From a virus: a DNA stretch of 64,000 bases. This document shows, piece by piece, positions 34,704-43,802 of this stretch; the stretch's first letter is position 1, and every line of letters starts with the position of its first letter. A program made the position numbers and the translations under genes. The DNA lies in the IMG/VR virus record IMGVR_UViG_3300010397_000042, positions 25,012 through 89,011 of that record; one strand, written 5' to 3'. The notes beneath the pieces were generated by a model. It ran no database searches and was not told the origin of the DNA. It worked only from the letters and a program-made list of their open reading frames with translations.

Positions 34704-35665
34704 ATCATCACTTAGCCGACCATCGACATCATCACGAGCTCCAAACCGACAGCACGTTGCATGTCGTCGGAGTCTTGAGCAATCCAGTTCGCTGGCACAC
34801 GCGCTACCGCCTGGCGAGACAGTGGCTTTCTGAGATGGAGAAGCACCCGAACGTGCGGGCCTACATGGTGGAGGCCGCTTTCGGCGATCGCCATCATGAG
34901 GTGACGATGATGGACGATCACTGTCACCTACAATTGAGGACGAACACCGAGATCTGGATCAAAGAAAACATGATCAATCTCGGCGTCCGCTATCTGCTTC
35001 CTCGAGACTGGAAGTACATGGCGTGGGTCGATGCCGACATCACTTTCCGGAATCCGAACTGGGCGCTCGAGACCATCCATCAGTTGCAGCACTGGCCCGT
35101 CGTCCAGCCGTGGCAGCAGTGCTCGGACCTGGGCCCTCACGGAAACGTGATGCAGCTCCATCAGAGCTTCGGCTGGATGCACCAGCAGGAGAAGCCCAAA
35201 AAGAAGCATCCGGACGACTACTACGGATTCGCTCACCCCGGTTACGCGTGGGCGTGTACTCGGAAGTTTTGGGAACAGGCCAATGGTTTGATGGACTTCT
35301 GTATCCTCGGCTCTGCCGACCGTCATATGGCATGGGCGATGATTGGTGACAGTGAGTGGTCGGTGAATTCCGAACTGCGCCCCGGCTACCACCGCCGAGT
35401 GAAGGAGTGGCAAGATCGAGCCGTTCGAATCACCCACAAGCAGGTGGGATTCACCCACGGTCGCATCGAACACAACTTCCATGGCAGTAAAAGCGATCGT
35501 AATTACCAGTCCCGATGGCAGATCCTCATTGACCACAAGTACGATCCGGACACGGACCTGATGTACGACGAGCAGGGCCTCATCTACCTCGCCGGCAAGC
35601 CGGACTTCGAGCAAGCCATCCGTCAGTACAACCGAGCTCGCAATGAGGATAGCGGCGATGAGTGA
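34700..35665 (+). CDS. GT-A fold glycosyltransferase-like protein
   Basis: WIKENMINLG, YMAWVDADITF (DxD), HPGYAWA, LGSAD, H.FHG. Confidence 0.7.
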   Translation: MNHHLADHRHHHELQTDSTLHVVGVLSNPVRWHTRYRLARQWLSEMEKHPNVRAYMVEAAFGDRHHEVTMMDDHCHLQLRTNTEIWIKENMINLGVRYLLPRDWKYMAWVDADITFRNPNWALETIHQLQHWPVVQPWQQCSDLGPHGNVMQLHQSFGWMHQQEKPKKKHPDDYYGFAHPGYAWACTRKFWEQANGLMDFCILGSADRHMAWAMIGDSEWSVNSELRPGYHRRVKEWQDRAVRITHKQVGFTHGRIEHNFHGSKSDRNYQSRWQILIDHKYDPDTDLMYDEQGLIYLAGKPDFEQAIRQYNRARNEDSGDE

Positions 35666-35858
35666 TGCTGTCGTTCCTAGTTACTGTCCTTGTGAGTTTT
35701 GTCGGATACACGGGAGTTTCAATGCCTGCTCTGTACGCGAGATGATCCTCCGGATAACGCAACTCGAGCTCGCCATCAAAGACGCCCTCAAGGCGAACTC
35801 AGTTGCCGAGTGTGCAGCGGCGTTACACATCTTCCGAATCCTGATGGAGGCACCCTGA
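35658..35858 (+). CDS. Hypothetical Cys-rich protein
   Basis: CPCEFC. Confidence 0.5.
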   Translation: MSDAVVPSYCPCEFCRIHGSFNACSVREMILRITQLELAIKDALKANSVAECAAALHIFRILMEAP

Positions 35859-36223
35859 AACCCATCAAAGCAGCATGGCTTGCAAAACATCTTGGGATCC
35901 CAGAACGCGCAGTTCGACGGTGGGCCTCACGAGTCGGTAAACAGTTGGACGGTGCCTGGTACGTCTCGATCGACGAGCTCGCGAAGTGTGACGGCATCGG
36001 CGGACTAACTGGAGCCTTACTCCTAATGAACGGTCCGCCCCGGAAGTGGCAGGAGGCGGTGCCGCTGGTGACAGGAGCACTCGGAGTTTCCTCGAGAACC
36101 GTCGAGGAGTGGTGTCAGAATCGACAAGGATTCGCCAAGCGTCTTGGGGACGTTTGGTACATCGATCTGGAAGAGATGAAGGAAAATTGGACCAACGAGG
36201 AAGACTGTGAAACTGCTGGATAA
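35855..36223 (+). CDS. Tandem excisionase/MerR-like winged-helix protein
   Basis: Two repeats LGIPERAVRRW..GK.L.G.WYV and LGVSSRTVEEW..AK.LG.VWYI; start uncertain (CTG 35855 or GTG 35810). Confidence 0.65.
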   Translation: MKPIKAAWLAKHLGIPERAVRRWASRVGKQLDGAWYVSIDELAKCDGIGGLTGALLLMNGPPRKWQEAVPLVTGALGVSSRTVEEWCQNRQGFAKRLGDVWYIDLEEMKENWTNEEDCETAG

Positions 36224-36283
36224 TATGAGAAGTACCGGTCACTACCGCAACGAAATGTTGCTTATATTATGAGAGGGTAAGAG

Positions 36284-36517
36284 ATGAATATCATTGATCA
36301 GCCCCTCTTCCCGTGGCCACCCGCGACGCCGGTGATTCCGGACTATTCTTGGGTGCTCGGTAAAGCACTCGAACCACAGTCTACCTCGCAGCTTGTGGCT
36401 CAGCTGAAGGCTCGTCGAGACCACATCAAGCGCGAACTAGAGTCACACTCGATGCTACTCAAAGAGCTCGAGTACCTGGAATATCTTCTTGAAAAAGAAG
36501 AACAATTTCACAAGTGA
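36284..36517 (+). CDS. Hypothetical coiled-coil protein
   Basis: Stop overlaps terminase small subunit start. Confidence 0.55.
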   Translation: MNIIDQPLFPWPPATPVIPDYSWVLGKALEPQSTSQLVAQLKARRDHIKRELESHSMLLKELEYLEYLLEKEEQFHK

Positions 36518-37119
36518 AACCTAGTGAATCCCTCAAGGAACAGCGCCCTGCGCTGGTCCATAATGAGGACTTGATGCATGGGTACGACGATCGTACCCCT
36601 CTCGGCCCGCCACCCGCGAAGTACACGGCAGCGGTTCACGAGAAGATTTGTGACGAACTGAAGAAGGGTCAGAGCAAGCGGGCAGCCGCAGCTCGCGCCG
36701 GCATTACCGAGGCCACTCTACATGACTGGCTCAAGCGGGGCCGGGACGGCGATCCTCACCTCTGGCAGTTTGCCGAGGATGTCGAGATTGCCCAGCATCT
36801 GTTCGAGGCAGGAGCGGTGGAAACCATCACCGCAAGTGCTCTGAGTCAGGAACCTGACAAGCAGAGTTCCGAAGATGCGAAGTGGATGCTCGAACGCACA
36901 CGATCTGATGCGTTCTCGAAGCAGGTGAAAACCACCGTTGAAAACCAAATCAGAGACTTCATGATTAGGCTCGAGGCTGCACTCGACGAGCGCACCTTCG
37001 CCAAGGTCCTAGCTGTCTACCTGGGCCAGGCACTGCCGGCCGAGTTGGAAGTAGTAGGGATTCTGCCCGAAAATGGCAGCACGGAAGAGACAGACGAAAA
37101 CGCCGAAGAACTCGGCTGA
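36514..37119 (+). CDS. Terminase small subunit (HTH)
   Basis: P.KYT....KIC..L..G.S...AAA.AGI...T...W; A.W.LER; directly upstream of TerL. Confidence 0.8.
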   Translation: MKPSESLKEQRPALVHNEDLMHGYDDRTPLGPPPAKYTAAVHEKICDELKKGQSKRAAAARAGITEATLHDWLKRGRDGDPHLWQFAEDVEIAQHLFEAGAVETITASALSQEPDKQSSEDAKWMLERTRSDAFSKQVKTTVENQIRDFMIRLEAALDERTFAKVLAVYLGQALPAELEVVGILPENGSTEETDENAEELG

Positions 37120-38476
37120 GAGCGCTCTCGCTCGCTACGCAAAAGAAAGATACGCAGCATTACAGGATAAGACGAGAGGGAATCTAGCAGACCTCCCGCT
37201 CTTCGACTTCCTGACGACGACCTCGCCACATCTTTGTCGTCCGGAGCATCTGGTCTCAGTCGTTCCGTACATGGAGGCACTCGACGAGTCGCCTCAGGCC
37301 TTCGCGCTGTCGGCGCCACCGCGGCACGGTAAGAGCGTTCTGGTCAATCATCTCTGCGCTCGGCAGATGATTCGACATCCGGGACTCAAGGTCGCTTACG
37401 GGTGCTACTCTCTCGACCTCGCAGGCTTCAACAGCCTCGAAGTCAAAGACATCCTTATCGCGAACAACGTCGAGCTCGACCGGAACCAGAATTCCAAGGA
37501 AGAGTGGCGACTCGAGAACGGAAGCGTCTTCAAGTGCGTCGCCCCCGGATCAGGCTTCACGGGTCGCGGAGCAGACCTCATCATCATCGATGACCCTTAC
37601 AAGGGTCGAACCGAAGCCGAGTCAGGACGCATCCGAGATGCCACGTGGTCCTGGTTCACCGCCGTCGCTATTACGCGACGTAGTCCTAACGCTTCCGTCA
37701 TAGTCACTCACACTCGATGGACGGTTGACGATCTCATCGGAAAGGTCACCAAAGAACACGGGTGGCCCTACGTGAATCTGCAGGCCATCAATGATCAGAG
37801 CGATGCGCTCTGGCCCAACGAATGGCCGCTCGATAAGCTTCTCGAGATCAAGTCCCTCATCGGTCCTTACGAGTGGCACTCGCTCTACATGGGCGAACCC
37901 AGACCTCGTGGCGGAGCGGTGTTCGGGGATCCCAGTCCTTGCTCAAAGGAAGACTGGCCGACGGCGTTCGACAAGATCGTCATCGGAATCGACTGCGCGT
38001 ACACGAAGAAGACCCACTCAGACTGGTCAGTCGCCGTTGTACTCGGAGTCAAAGACGGTATTCACTACATCCTCGAAGTTGTTCGCAAGCAGTGCGAGGC
38101 TCCCGAGTTCGAGAGCATTCTTCGAGGTCTTCGATTCAAGTACGGCAACCCGCCGATCTACTGGTACGTGGGTGGTCAAGAAAAAGTCATCGCTGACTTC
38201 TTCATCAACCGCGGTGTTCCGGTCAAGGCGATTCCCGCCAAGGACGACAAGTTCGTTCGTGCACAAGCGGTGGCTGCAGCATGGAATGCACACCGTGTAA
38301 TGGTTCCTGCGGAAGACCAGCGATGGAGCCGCGACTTTCTTTCTGAGGTCTTATTGTTCACGGGTCTCGATGACCCTCACGACGACCAGGTTGACGCTCT
38401 CGCTTCGGCCTTCATTCCTTCGGCTTCTAAGCGCGTTGTTCGCGGCAACCTGACGACTCAGCTTCTTTCGTACTGA
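37073..38476 (+). CDS. terL: Terminase large subunit
   Basis: APPRHGKS, TGRGADLIIIDDPYK, TRW..DDL, IGIDCA, HDDQVDA. Confidence 0.95.
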   Translation: MAARKRQTKTPKNSAESALARYAKERYAALQDKTRGNLADLPLFDFLTTTSPHLCRPEHLVSVVPYMEALDESPQAFALSAPPRHGKSVLVNHLCARQMIRHPGLKVAYGCYSLDLAGFNSLEVKDILIANNVELDRNQNSKEEWRLENGSVFKCVAPGSGFTGRGADLIIIDDPYKGRTEAESGRIRDATWSWFTAVAITRRSPNASVIVTHTRWTVDDLIGKVTKEHGWPYVNLQAINDQSDALWPNEWPLDKLLEIKSLIGPYEWHSLYMGEPRPRGGAVFGDPSPCSKEDWPTAFDKIVIGIDCAYTKKTHSDWSVAVVLGVKDGIHYILEVVRKQCEAPEFESILRGLRFKYGNPPIYWYVGGQEKVIADFFINRGVPVKAIPAKDDKFVRAQAVAAAWNAHRVMVPAEDQRWSRDFLSEVLLFTGLDDPHDDQVDALASAFIPSASKRVVRGNLTTQLLSY

Positions 38477-38484
38477 TAGACTCT

Positions 38485-40086
38485 ATGAAACTTGGAACAT
38501 TAGATCAGAAGCATAGCTCCTATGATGCTGATCGCTGGTGCCAAGTAGAGGCTCTTGCGAAGGGTGGCAAGAAGTTCCGAGAACATATCGGCTGCTTTCT
38601 TCCGCAGAACCCTGTCGAGCCGGAAGAGATCTACTTCCAACGACGATCGCAGGCTCACTACCGATCGTACATGGGAAGTATTATCAACCTGTATGTAGGT
38701 TGGCTCTTTGCTTCCTCGTTTAGCGTCAAGCCCTACGAGCGTGGAACCGAGACTCCCGTCGCGGAAGTCGACAAGTTCTACGGCTTCTTTCAAGAAGACG
38801 TGGGTAACGAGACTCAGCTCAATGCGTTCATGCAGGAGCGCTTTCGAGGCGCCCTGACGAATCACAAATCGTACTGGCTGATCGAGTTGCCCAGCAACGA
38901 TGGTCAAGAAGCTGAGGATGCTGCGGACTACGAGCTTCGTGGTCTTGGTCGAGCAACTCTCAAGGCGATTGAACGCCATGAGATGTACGACTGGCAGGAA
39001 AACGAAGAGGGCGAGCTCCAGTGGGCAATCATCCATACGTGTTACGACGTACGCGAAAACTGGGCAGCTGATCGCGACACAACGGTCGAAACTTGGCGTG
39101 TCTACGATGACACTTACGTCTACACGTTCCAGCTGACATACAAGAAGGATGAGCGCCCGAAGGACGAGAATTTCGAAGTCCCTCAGGTCGGGGAGCCAGC
39201 AACTCACGGATTCAAGCGAGTCCCCATCGTCTGCATGCACATCCCGATGGAACTCACCATCGGCGAAGCGACATTCGATACTCAACTCGAGCATTTTCGA
39301 ATCGACAACGCGCTCTCCTGGTTGATTCGGCGTACCTGTTACGCACAACCGGTCTTCAACCTAGCCGACGGTGACGCACCCCCAAGGATGGGTGCTGGCT
39401 ACGCCATCTTGCTAGGCCCTGACGACAAGATTGGTTGGACGTCTCCCCCCGTTGCTCCATTCGATGTTCTTCAGAGCAACCTCGATAACAAGAGAGATGA
39501 GATCTACCGCATCGTCCACCAGATGGCTCAGGGGATGGACAACAACGCGGAGACGGTAGGACGTTCGGCAGACAGCAAAGAGATCGATGCTGCGGCCACA
39601 CGAATCATGCTCAACACGTACGGTGGATTCGTTAGCAAGACTATCGAAGAAACCTACGAGTTGATTAGCGAAGCACGCGGTGAGAAGAACTACGAATGGA
39701 GCGTAGAAGGCTTCTCCGGATACGACACAGCAACGGTGTCGACCCTCATCGCGAACGCAGGTCTCGCACGAGAGTTGGGAATTCCTAGCCAGACATTCCA
39801 AAAAGAGTTGTGTACGAAAGTAGCACTGGCGCTTCATCCCGAAGCTGACCAGCGCGTCAAGGACACCATCCGAGACGAGATCAACAACGCTAAGTTTGTC
39901 GTGAGTAGTACTCCGGCGAGCTCGCTGTTGGACGACGCTCAAACCGCGAAGGCTGAACTTGATCGAGCGAAGGCTGCCTCCGAGCCAGTCAAAGCCAAAG
40001 CGGCAATGACTACGGCTAATGCGTCTATGACGACGGCAAAGAAGCCTACGCCCAAGCCCGCATCACGACCTGGATCTCCCAGGTAA
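38485..40086 (+). CDS. Portal protein
   Basis: Position after TerL; FLPQ...E....Y..R; 533 aa. Confidence 0.85.
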   Translation: MKLGTLDQKHSSYDADRWCQVEALAKGGKKFREHIGCFLPQNPVEPEEIYFQRRSQAHYRSYMGSIINLYVGWLFASSFSVKPYERGTETPVAEVDKFYGFFQEDVGNETQLNAFMQERFRGALTNHKSYWLIELPSNDGQEAEDAADYELRGLGRATLKAIERHEMYDWQENEEGELQWAIIHTCYDVRENWAADRDTTVETWRVYDDTYVYTFQLTYKKDERPKDENFEVPQVGEPATHGFKRVPIVCMHIPMELTIGEATFDTQLEHFRIDNALSWLIRRTCYAQPVFNLADGDAPPRMGAGYAILLGPDDKIGWTSPPVAPFDVLQSNLDNKRDEIYRIVHQMAQGMDNNAETVGRSADSKEIDAAATRIMLNTYGGFVSKTIEETYELISEARGEKNYEWSVEGFSGYDTATVSTLIANAGLARELGIPSQTFQKELCTKVALALHPEADQRVKDTIRDEINNAKFVVSSTPASSLLDDAQTAKAELDRAKAASEPVKAKAAMTTANASMTTAKKPTPKPASRPGSPR

Positions 40087-40165
40087 AACCAGCACACGGC
40101 GCACTGGTTTCAAAGCGCTGCACCTCAATCGGTAGTCCACGGCGGACAACCGAAAAGGAGTTCAC

Positions 40166-40894
40166 ATGCCGAACGAGAACGACGACGGCTCGCAGAATCC
40201 GTCAGAACCTAGATACGTTACCGAAGATCAAATCGGTAATATCGTAAACTCCGCTCTTACTGCACGCTTTCCAAAGCTGCTTGGTCCGGCACTCGATGCT
40301 GCGCTCAAGCCGATTCTGGACAAGCTGAGTGCCCCTCCGCCAGCACCTCCGTCTGATGACGAGGGAACGACGAAGAAGGGAAAGCAAAACCCCGAGCTTC
40401 TTGCCATGGCGCAGAAACTCGAGGAGATGCAAAAGGAACTGAAAGTACGCGACGAACGCGTAGCCGCGGCCGAAAAGAAAGGTCGTGAAGACAAGGCATT
40501 TGCAGATTTGCGTGCCGGTCTCGAAGGCAAGGTTCGACCCGAGCTGCTTGGCATGCTCGTCGAAAACCTCTTTCACGTTCAGAAGCGAGTCGAATTCGAC
40601 GACCAGGGAACACCGCTCTTCAAGACGAGTCGAGTGCCGTATACCGGCGCAGACCCCGAAGAGTTGAGACTTCCTCTCGGTGCTGGAGTCGAGGACTTCC
40701 TCAAGAGCGAAGCCGCCAAACCATTTTTGCCCGCACCTAATCCTGGTGCTGGAGCAGGCCCACTTCCGAAACGCGGTCCATCTCCCAATCCGGGGGGAAC
40801 CGACTTTTCAAAACCCGCCACGACCGAAGCCGAAAAGACTCGTCGCGCAATGGAGCGCGAACGAATCGCAAAAGAACGACTCGGTCAACGATAA
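40166..40894 (+). CDS. Capsid scaffolding protein
   Basis: Charged coiled coil, Pro/Gly tail, directly upstream of capsid gene; AAGGAG RBS. Confidence 0.75.
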   Translation: MPNENDDGSQNPSEPRYVTEDQIGNIVNSALTARFPKLLGPALDAALKPILDKLSAPPPAPPSDDEGTTKKGKQNPELLAMAQKLEEMQKELKVRDERVAAAEKKGREDKAFADLRAGLEGKVRPELLGMLVENLFHVQKRVEFDDQGTPLFKTSRVPYTGADPEELRLPLGAGVEDFLKSEAAKPFLPAPNPGAGAGPLPKRGPSPNPGGTDFSKPATTEAEKTRRAMERERIAKERLGQR

Positions 40895-40949
40895 TTCGGG
40901 GTCTCAAACCCCATAACAACACCCATATGGGGATTACCTAACTTATAAA

Positions 40950-41984
40950 ATGAGTACTGATTCCGTTACCACGCTTTCTTTGGTTACGCTCGCCCAGGAG
41001 TACCGCGGCGATGTCGTCAAGCAGATCAACCGTACCTGTGCGTCTCTGCGGATGCTCCGGATCGTTCCCGGTGCCGGCAAGAACATTGCCTGGGCACCCG
41101 AGGGCGACGGTGCGCTCGCTGAGAACTACAACGAGGGTGACGACGCTGAGAACTTCGCGCAGGACTCGCAGGCAGCTGCGTATCTTCCGTGGGGACTCTA
41201 TCGGTCGAACATCCACATCACGTCGCTCGCGATGGACGGTGCCGTCACGACGATGACGCCAGAGGGCAACCGCCAGCTCTGGGCGCGCGCGGTCACGAAC
41301 AACTCCGCGAAGCTCGCTAGCAAGATCAACTTGGAGTGCTTCGTGGGCCCCGGTACCGGGACGCGCATGGCGGGTCTCGAGGTTGCCATCGCTGACGACA
41401 ACACGTACGCCACGATGGACCGCACCAGCACGGACCCCGACCTGTCGTACTTCCAGTCGACGGTTGTGGATCCCGGTTCGGACACGCAGATCAGCTTCAA
41501 GCTGATTCGTGACGACCTCCGCAAGATCTTCGAGAAGTGCGGTATGCAGCCTGACATGGCGCCATGCAGTCCGGCGGTCTTCGCCGAGATTGGTGCGCTG
41601 TTCGATAACACGCGGCGTCAGGTTCAGTCGGTGACTGGTCCGCGCGGCGAGATCACGCTCGACTTCGGCTTCCAGGCTCTCGAGGTTGACGGCTGCGTCT
41701 TCTATCGCGACAAGGACTGCACGGCGAAAGCGGTTTACTACCTCAACAGCGCGCATGTTGAGATCCAGTACCTCCCGAGCGCATCGCAAGCGATGCTGAT
41801 CGAGGCGGCTGGTGGTGAGGTCACGGCGGACGACGGCTTCGGCTCGGTTCCCCTCGGCTTCAAGTACGAGATGCTCGCAAAGACGGGCCCCTCCGAGAAG
41901 GCTGAGATCCTCTGGACGGGTAACCTCGTGGTTGACCGCCCGAACACCTGCGGCAAGCGCCTTCACGTTGCGGTGGCGAGCTAA
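40950..41984 (+). CDS. Major capsid protein
   Basis: Position, size, strongest codon bias, HK97-fold-like C-terminus (GNLVVDRPN). Confidence 0.85.
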   Translation: MSTDSVTTLSLVTLAQEYRGDVVKQINRTCASLRMLRIVPGAGKNIAWAPEGDGALAENYNEGDDAENFAQDSQAAAYLPWGLYRSNIHITSLAMDGAVTTMTPEGNRQLWARAVTNNSAKLASKINLECFVGPGTGTRMAGLEVAIADDNTYATMDRTSTDPDLSYFQSTVVDPGSDTQISFKLIRDDLRKIFEKCGMQPDMAPCSPAVFAEIGALFDNTRRQVQSVTGPRGEITLDFGFQALEVDGCVFYRDKDCTAKAVYYLNSAHVEIQYLPSASQAMLIEAAGGEVTADDGFGSVPLGFKYEMLAKTGPSEKAEILWTGNLVVDRPNTCGKRLHVAVAS

Positions 41985-41989
41985 TTCAC

Positions 41990-42568
41990 ATGGCAACTGT
42001 TATCCGTAACACTGCGCCCGAGCTGACTCAGCTTGCGGACGCACACAATCAGATGAAGGACAGCCTCGTCGCGGAACTCCGCGGTGTGCTGACCGACCTC
42101 GCCGCCGTTGCAGCAGACGGTGATGTCAACGTAACGACGACCTTCACCGCCTTCGGGTCGCACAACGACAAGAGCGAAGTTCTTGTCACTGGCGACGACG
42201 CAGACGGTGGTGCTGAGGACGACGGCCTCCAAGGCTGCATCGACCTCGCGAATGAGCTCAAGGCTGTCTACAACTTCCATGTTGCAGACACGCTGGCCCA
42301 CAAGGTCGCCGGTTCTCCGGTGACCACGGCAAAGGCACACGACCTCGATACGGTGAAGACGCTCGCGGCTGCGATCCGTACAGCATACGAGGCACATCGT
42401 CAGTCGACGACTTACCACTATGTGGCGGACTCGACGAACACGATCTCGGCTTCCTCGACGTCGACGCTCGCTGATGTGGTCACTCTCGTGAACGAGCTCA
42501 AGGCAGATCTCAATGCTCACATGGGCTCAGGTCCAACCATGAAGTCCATTCGATTGGTGGGTGCCTAA
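41990..42568 (+). CDS. Virion protein (decoration-like) with internal repeat
   Basis: Strong codon bias; repeats LANELKAVYNFH / LAAAIRTAYEAH / LVNELKADLNAH. Confidence 0.6.
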   Translation: MATVIRNTAPELTQLADAHNQMKDSLVAELRGVLTDLAAVAADGDVNVTTTFTAFGSHNDKSEVLVTGDDADGGAEDDGLQGCIDLANELKAVYNFHVADTLAHKVAGSPVTTAKAHDLDTVKTLAAAIRTAYEAHRQSTTYHYVADSTNTISASSTSTLADVVTLVNELKADLNAHMGSGPTMKSIRLVGA

Positions 42569-42783
42569 TGGATAACCAAGCTCGTCTCGACTTCATCTTC
42601 GACGCGGTCGATGCTCTCGAACTCGAGGAAGATGAGAAGACCGCCCTGATGTACGTTCTGAGCTCGATCCCGAGTGTCTCGATCGACGTCGATGGTGTGA
42701 TGTCGTTCACCGACGCTGCCATCGCGGTCTGTCCCGACCTCTCGTCGACGTCCCAGACCATGCCCATCTTCACAGGCGGTTGA
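42568..42783 (+). CDS. Small acidic protein
   Basis: TAATG-coupled. Confidence 0.6.
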   Translation: MDNQARLDFIFDAVDALELEEDEKTALMYVLSSIPSVSIDVDGVMSFTDAAIAVCPDLSSTSQTMPIFTGG

Positions 42784-42808
42784 CACACTCTGAGTAACGG
42801 GTTATACT
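42780..42808 (+). promoter_or_regulatory. Box-containing promoter, leaderless (endonuclease gene)
   Basis: TTGACA CACTCTGAG-TAACGGGT TATACT; GTG 6 nt later; TGA is the upstream stop. Confidence 0.8.
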
Positions 42809-42814
42809 TATAGT

Positions 42815-43432
42815 GTGACCCTTACCTGTCCTATTTGTAGTGCTCAATTTGAGCGTGGCTTCAAAGCCTATCGCCAAAAATATTGTTGTCGATGTGGTCC
42901 TAAAAAGCGTGCCATCGATGAGTCTTGTTATCATCAAACTCATCGACAAGAAGCAAACCTAAGGGCGACTCAATGGCGAGACGCTAATCCAGAACGCTAC
43001 AAAACTGGACAAAAAGATTACTATCTGCGTTCAAAAGGCACGATAGCGGAACGTGCCCGTGAATGGCAGAGACACGAAAGAAATTGGGCAGGCAATCTTT
43101 GCAAGAATGCCAAATCAAGATCGAAGCGTGACAACTGTCCCTTCGATCTTGACCCTGAATTTCTAAGACAACTGTTTGAGAATCAAAATGGTATTTGTTA
43201 CTGGACCGGATTGCGGATGGTCCCTTCGAGGGAACCCAATGGTCCATGCAAGCCATCGATTGACAAACTGTCTCCAGAACATGGTTACACAAAAGGAAAT
43301 ATCGTACTAACCACGTGGTTCGCTAATCGAGCCCGAAATAATCTTCCGGTTGAGCAATTCCGCTCGCTTCTCCGGGAGCTTAGAGGGGCACTAGCAAATC
43401 ATGTTTACAGAGATGGAGAAGGCCCAAATTAG
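42815..43432 (+). CDS. Free-standing HNH/His-Me finger endonuclease-like protein
   Basis: CPIC...KYCCRC; Q.G.CYWTG; PSIDK..P..GY..GNI......N; visibly lower GC than flanks. Confidence 0.75.
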   Translation: MTLTCPICSAQFERGFKAYRQKYCCRCGPKKRAIDESCYHQTHRQEANLRATQWRDANPERYKTGQKDYYLRSKGTIAERAREWQRHERNWAGNLCKNAKSRSKRDNCPFDLDPEFLRQLFENQNGICYWTGLRMVPSREPNGPCKPSIDKLSPEHGYTKGNIVLTTWFANRARNNLPVEQFRSLLRELRGALANHVYRDGEGPN

Positions 43433-43802
43433 GCTATATTTGGGATATCCTGATCATTTTAGATATCGCCACACGCGACTCGAAAGCGTGCTTACCCGAC
43501 TCTCTCCCGAGTCGGAAGTTCTGGTTCAGAAGGCACTTGAAAATCTCGCTACAATCGAGAGTACGCTTCTCACCGCCGGTGGAGACGAAGCAGGCGTCAA
43601 ACGAGTCGATGAGATCTGGTTTGACAACGGCTGGCGACGAGCATCCGAGATCCGAAAGTCCGGACGAATGTACGTCACCAGAATCAGCATTATCACCGGT
43701 GTCCCAATCTACTCAGACGTCTTCGGACGGTCGGGATACCTCGGTGACAGTTTCACCAACGGCGGTTCGCGATACGGCGATGGATTCTTTGGCCTTGGAT
43801 GA
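43401..43802 (+). CDS. Head-tail adaptor protein
   Basis: FT..EK..IR.YLGYP motif; position after capsid genes. Confidence 0.7.
   Translation: MFTEMEKAQIRLYLGYPDHFRYRHTRLESVLTRLSPESEVLVQKALENLATIESTLLTAGGDEAGVKRVDEIWFDNGWRRASEIRKSGRMYVTRISIITGVPIYSDVFGRSGYLGDSFTNGGSRYGDGFFGLG

Noticed and set aside
40938-41996. 352-aa antisense ORF mirroring the capsid gene (similar cases at 2499-3728, 38500-39348, 46995-47759)
   Set aside because: Expected shadow of strongly biased high-GC3 coding; no motifs or RBS
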